NCBI GenBank assembly: GCA_963785305.1
Contig: CAWAUV010000009.1
Span: 121,425-185,424, forward strand
Length of the DNA stretch: 64,000 nt
From: an uncultured Planctomycetaceae bacterium
GTDB lineage: Bacteria; Planctomycetota; Planctomycetia; Pirellulales; PALSA-1355
Direction of reading: 5' to 3'
Positions within the stretch are counted from its first letter, which is position 1. Each line of letters opens with the position of its first letter. The notes beneath the pieces were generated by a model, which saw only the letters and a list, made by a program, of their open reading frames with translations, was not told the origin of the DNA and ran no database searches. A program made the position numbers and the translations under genes. This document shows, piece by piece, positions 61,165 through 64,000 of the stretch.

Positions 61165-63087
61165 TCAACCCGCGCCCCAGCCCGGCAGTTTCGTGGGCGG
61201 GGCCCAAACCGGCGAGCCCGCGGCCTTAAGCTTGCGTTTGTAGAGCCGCCCGCTGGAAATGACAAAAAGCGTGTCAAAGTTTGGCCCGCCGAAGCAGAGC
61301 GCTTCCGCCTTGCCCGCCGGCAGCGGCATGATCAGCCGCGAGCGGCCATTGCGGTCGAAAACTTGCACTCCCATTTGGGTGGCGGAGTACAGTCGGCCAT
61401 CGCGATCCATGCGCCATGCGCCGGCCCCGCTCTCGTCGGCCCAGTCGGGCACATGGAACCAGTAGAATTGTTGCCCAACATCGAGTTTGCCATCGGCCGC
61501 GACCCGATAGCTGTAGCCCCAGTGTGAGTCGTGTTCGGCCACGGCGAGCCAAAGTCCGTCGGGCGAAAGCGCCACGCCGGCTGGATTTTTGAGTTCCTCG
61601 GCGAGGATCGACTTTTCGCCCTTCGCCGAGACCAGCCACGCTTTGCCGCTCGGGCGAGTTCGCGAATTGCCGTCGGAAGCCGCCGCGCCCGGTTCGCTCC
61701 CGACGATATATATTGAGCCGTCGTGTAGAACGATGAAATCCGCCGCGGCCACGCCTTCGGCAACCGTCTGGGCAGCGCCCGAGGAATCGTAAGCGGTGAT
61801 TTTTCCGGCCGCTCGATCGGCGGCGTAAATCCGGCCGTCGGCGCCGATTGCAAGCGGACCCTCGCCGGGAGCGATCGTCGGAACAAGTTTCGGCTTCGGG
61901 GGCTCGGTCGTTTCGTCGTCGACGAATTTGTACGTCTTATGGTCGGCTTGGCCGCGGAAGTAAATGGCGCCTTCGGAGTCGGCCGCGAGCGCGTTGGGCG
62001 CCACCTGGACCAAAGGCGACTTGGCATCGTCGCGGGGCAATAGCTCCTGCCAGCGTTCGCAAGGCGTGACGATGGATTTGGAGAATGTATTTTGCGTTTC
62101 GCCCATGGTGACAGGGGCCGGCCAATCCTTCCAGAGCCAGCGCATCGCGTCGGGAAAAATCTGCGTGGCATGCCGTCCGCTGTGACCGCCCACGCCCCAG
62201 GCATGTTCGACCTGATAGCCCGAGAAACGCAGGGCCCGCTCGACGCCTTGATTGCCGTTCCACCAGTCGCCCACCTCGGGCCCTCCGCCCCACTGATCGT
62301 TTTCGCCGTCTTGCATGAAGACGCGGAGCGGCTTCGGCTCGGTCTTGCGAATGAGCACCGGATAGCGATCACCACCGCGCATGCCGACAAACGTGCCGAT
62401 CGCCGTGAACACGCGGCGAAAGGCGTCGGGCCGTTCCCAGGCGAGCGTAAACGCCGCGATGCCGCCGGTGCTGCCCCCGCCGGTGCAGCGATCGTTCCCC
62501 TCATGCGACAGCACGATCGGAAGTCCGTCGGGCGTCTTGTGCTTTTCCACCTCGGGCAGCACTTCGTCGAGCACCAGCCGGGCCAATGCGTCGTTGAGCC
62601 CGTCGAATTCGAAACTGCGATTGAACCTCGGATCGGTGGGCGCCTGGGCCGAGGGAACTTGTCCGGGCGAGACGCCGATTGCGATCACGACCGGCATCTC
62701 GCGCTTGTGAATCAAATTGTCGAACACGATCGGGGCGTCGAAGCCCAACCCGTCGAGCGCGACATACACACAGGCCGGCTGATTGCCCGTGTACTGGGCC
62801 GGGACATAGACCGAGATTGTGCGCGTCGTGCCGGGAAAGACTTTCGAGTCGCTAAAAGGGAATTGAAAGATTTTCCCCCGGGGAACATCGGGCTGACGTT
62901 TTGAATCGGGGCCGGGTTGATAGTCGGCGTCGGTCCGAGCGGCCTTATCCGACGGCGTGGCCGACGGAGCGGCCGACGGATTCTCTTGCGACCGGAGGGG
63001 CGACGCCCAGCCGCAGAAGATCGTCGCCACGGTTGCTCCCAGCGACAATATTGCGTTCAGAGACAAAGGTCGAGACGCGCGAAACAT
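61165..63087 (-). CDS. Secreted two-domain protein: esterase-D/enterochelin-esterase-like alpha/beta hydrolase plus C-terminal SMP-30/gluconolactonase-like beta-propeller
   Basis: Signal peptide. Serine-hydrolase stretch in the N-terminal half. The C-terminal half has repeats with GxxVxxDGxLY-like blades (ADGRIYAAD, DGSIYIVGSE, DGRLYSATQ). Confidence 0.65.
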   Translation of the reverse strand: MFRASRPLSLNAILSLGATVATIFCGWASPLRSQENPSAAPSATPSDKAARTDADYQPGPDSKRQPDVPRGKIFQFPFSDSKVFPGTTRTISVYVPAQYTGNQPACVYVALDGLGFDAPIVFDNLIHKREMPVVIAIGVSPGQVPSAQAPTDPRFNRSFEFDGLNDALARLVLDEVLPEVEKHKTPDGLPIVLSHEGNDRCTGGGSTGGIAAFTLAWERPDAFRRVFTAIGTFVGMRGGDRYPVLIRKTEPKPLRVFMQDGENDQWGGGPEVGDWWNGNQGVERALRFSGYQVEHAWGVGGHSGRHATQIFPDAMRWLWKDWPAPVTMGETQNTFSKSIVTPCERWQELLPRDDAKSPLVQVAPNALAADSEGAIYFRGQADHKTYKFVDDETTEPPKPKLVPTIAPGEGPLAIGADGRIYAADRAAGKITAYDSSGAAQTVAEGVAAADFIVLHDGSIYIVGSEPGAAASDGNSRTRPSGKAWLVSAKGEKSILAEELKNPAGVALSPDGLWLAVAEHDSHWGYSYRVAADGKLDVGQQFYWFHVPDWADESGAGAWRMDRDGRLYSATQMGVQVFDRNGRSRLIMPLPAGKAEALCFGGPNFDTLFVISSGRLYKRKLKAAGSPVWAPPTKLPGWGAG

Positions 63088-63138
63088 GGTTCGTATATCC
63101 CTGGGGTGCGTTCGTTGCGGGTCGGCATTGTGCGACAG

Positions 63139-64000
63139 CTATTCGGAAGCTTGTCGCCGCGCGAGCAGGCCGGTCGCGAAGCTTACCGGGTCGTTGCGCT
63201 CGCGGGCGCTGGCGAGCAGATAGCGATAATCATTGGCGAGCCGCGAAAGCTCAAGCAATGTGGGCGCTTCGCGCCCGCCGCGCAACGCGCCGGGCGAAAG
63301 TTTCGCGGCGGCGGCGACCGCTTCGGCATGGCGGCCAAGCCGATCCAGCAGACCGATGTAAACTTCCGCGACCAAGGGCTCTTCCTCGCCGACTTCGGCG
63401 GCCCGTTTTTCGAAAAACGCCACCGCTTCCTCGACTCGCTCGCCAAGGAGGCGCCGAAAAAGAGGGCATGGGTGGCATAGGCGTCGACAAATGGTTCGTC
63501 GCCGACAAATTGGAACTGCCGCGCGAGGCGCCGGCCATATTCGGTGAGCTCGACCGCCAGCCGGAGCGTGGCCGGGTCGTCGATCGCGCGGGCAAACCGA
63601 ACCACGGCGGCGAGATGGGTCGTGTCGATGTGATAGTTATTGTTCAAAAACAGCCATTCGCGGTCTTCCAATAGTCGCGGAATGCTTGTCTCCGCGACTT
63701 GCGACTGCTCGCGGCGCCGAATATCGGCCGCGAGGCTTTCGAGCAAGTCGGCGTGGAGCCGGCGCACCAGCATCGCGGCCGGCGCCTGCCGGTCGGCGCG
63801 ACGCAGCCCCGCGATCGAGGAATCAAACGCCGTGATCGCATTGCAAACCCCAAAATGCTCGAGCACGAGCCTGAATCCGAGCGACGGGGCAACCGCTTGA
63901 TGCAACGCGATTTCGATGATGTCTTCCAGATTCTCTTCGTTGGGTTCGAGCCGTTCGAGCTGCCGGGCCACGAGGGATTTGTCGCCCAGCGGCCTTAGAT
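63139..64000 (-). CDS. Hypothetical protein (5' end beyond window), apparent frameshift near 63440
   Basis: Two sensible overlapping frames: 63183..63971 to ...PFVDAYATHALFFGA, then 63139..63423 (AFFEKRAAEVGEEEPLVAEVYIGLLDRLGRHAEAV...). The frame is open to the window edge. Confidence 0.35.

Noticed and set aside
60957-61277. 106-aa minus-strand ORF overlapping the isomerase N-terminus and the upstream region
   Set aside because: It is an alternative frame of the same DNA as the 60008..61207 ORF track entry; Arg-rich and without motifs. My raw-sequence reading here disagreed with the track by one nucleotide, so the track frame was trusted.
1-64000. tRNA/rRNA genes
   Set aside because: I found no T-arm-like GGTTCGANTCC motifs with matching acceptor stems and no rRNA-like stretches by eye. 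Absence is not proven without a covariance-model scan.

Overview
High-GC (~65-70%) bacterial chromosomal segment, most likely Planctomycetota (Pirellulales-like), judged from gene content and style: MoxR/DUF58/BatA-vWA operon, a giant Ala/Glu-rich coiled-coil protein, Tat-signal Gfo/Idh/MocA and xylose-isomerase-like TIM-barrel proteins, SASA (DUF303) esterases, squalene-cyclase-like repeat protein. Housekeeping genes are clearly recognisable: gyrA, mutS, glgC, dps, plus a PAS histidine kinase with two response regulators, GDPD, a D-2-hydroxyacid dehydrogenase, NUDIX and MBL-fold hydrolases. An accessory patch at about 33.3-38.5 kb holds an orphan low-GC RHS C-terminal toxin plus putative immunity gene, RHS repeat debris, a complete group II intron (RT/maturase ORF and domain V), and an IS3-family orfA remnant. 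Short tandem and inverted 15-18 bp repeats bracket this patch, and they match the intron's 5' exon flank. Two short-repeat families occur: an ~85-bp imperfect-palindromic REP/MITE-like element (4 copies, three abutting stop codons) and a 24-26-bp perfect palindrome CATGCCCACG-N4/6-CGTGGGCATG (3 copies). A promoter-plus-terminator-delimited ~110-nt candidate sRNA sits upstream of the kinase. The most system-like unexplained module is a ParB/Srx-like protein, an ABC-type ATPase with a GNAT-like C-terminal domain, and a divergent XRE regulator at 16.8-19.1 kb. At least 25 genes, including essential gyrA and mutS, are split across reading frames at short G/C runs. Because gyrA is hit, I read these as indel sequencing or assembly errors rather than pseudogenisation; for that reason gene boundaries are given as reconstructed spans. 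Coordinates derived from reading the raw sequence lines may be off by 1-2 nt. Several functional names (DUF58, DUF2294, DoxX-like, SPFH) rest on recalled motifs and need a database search.
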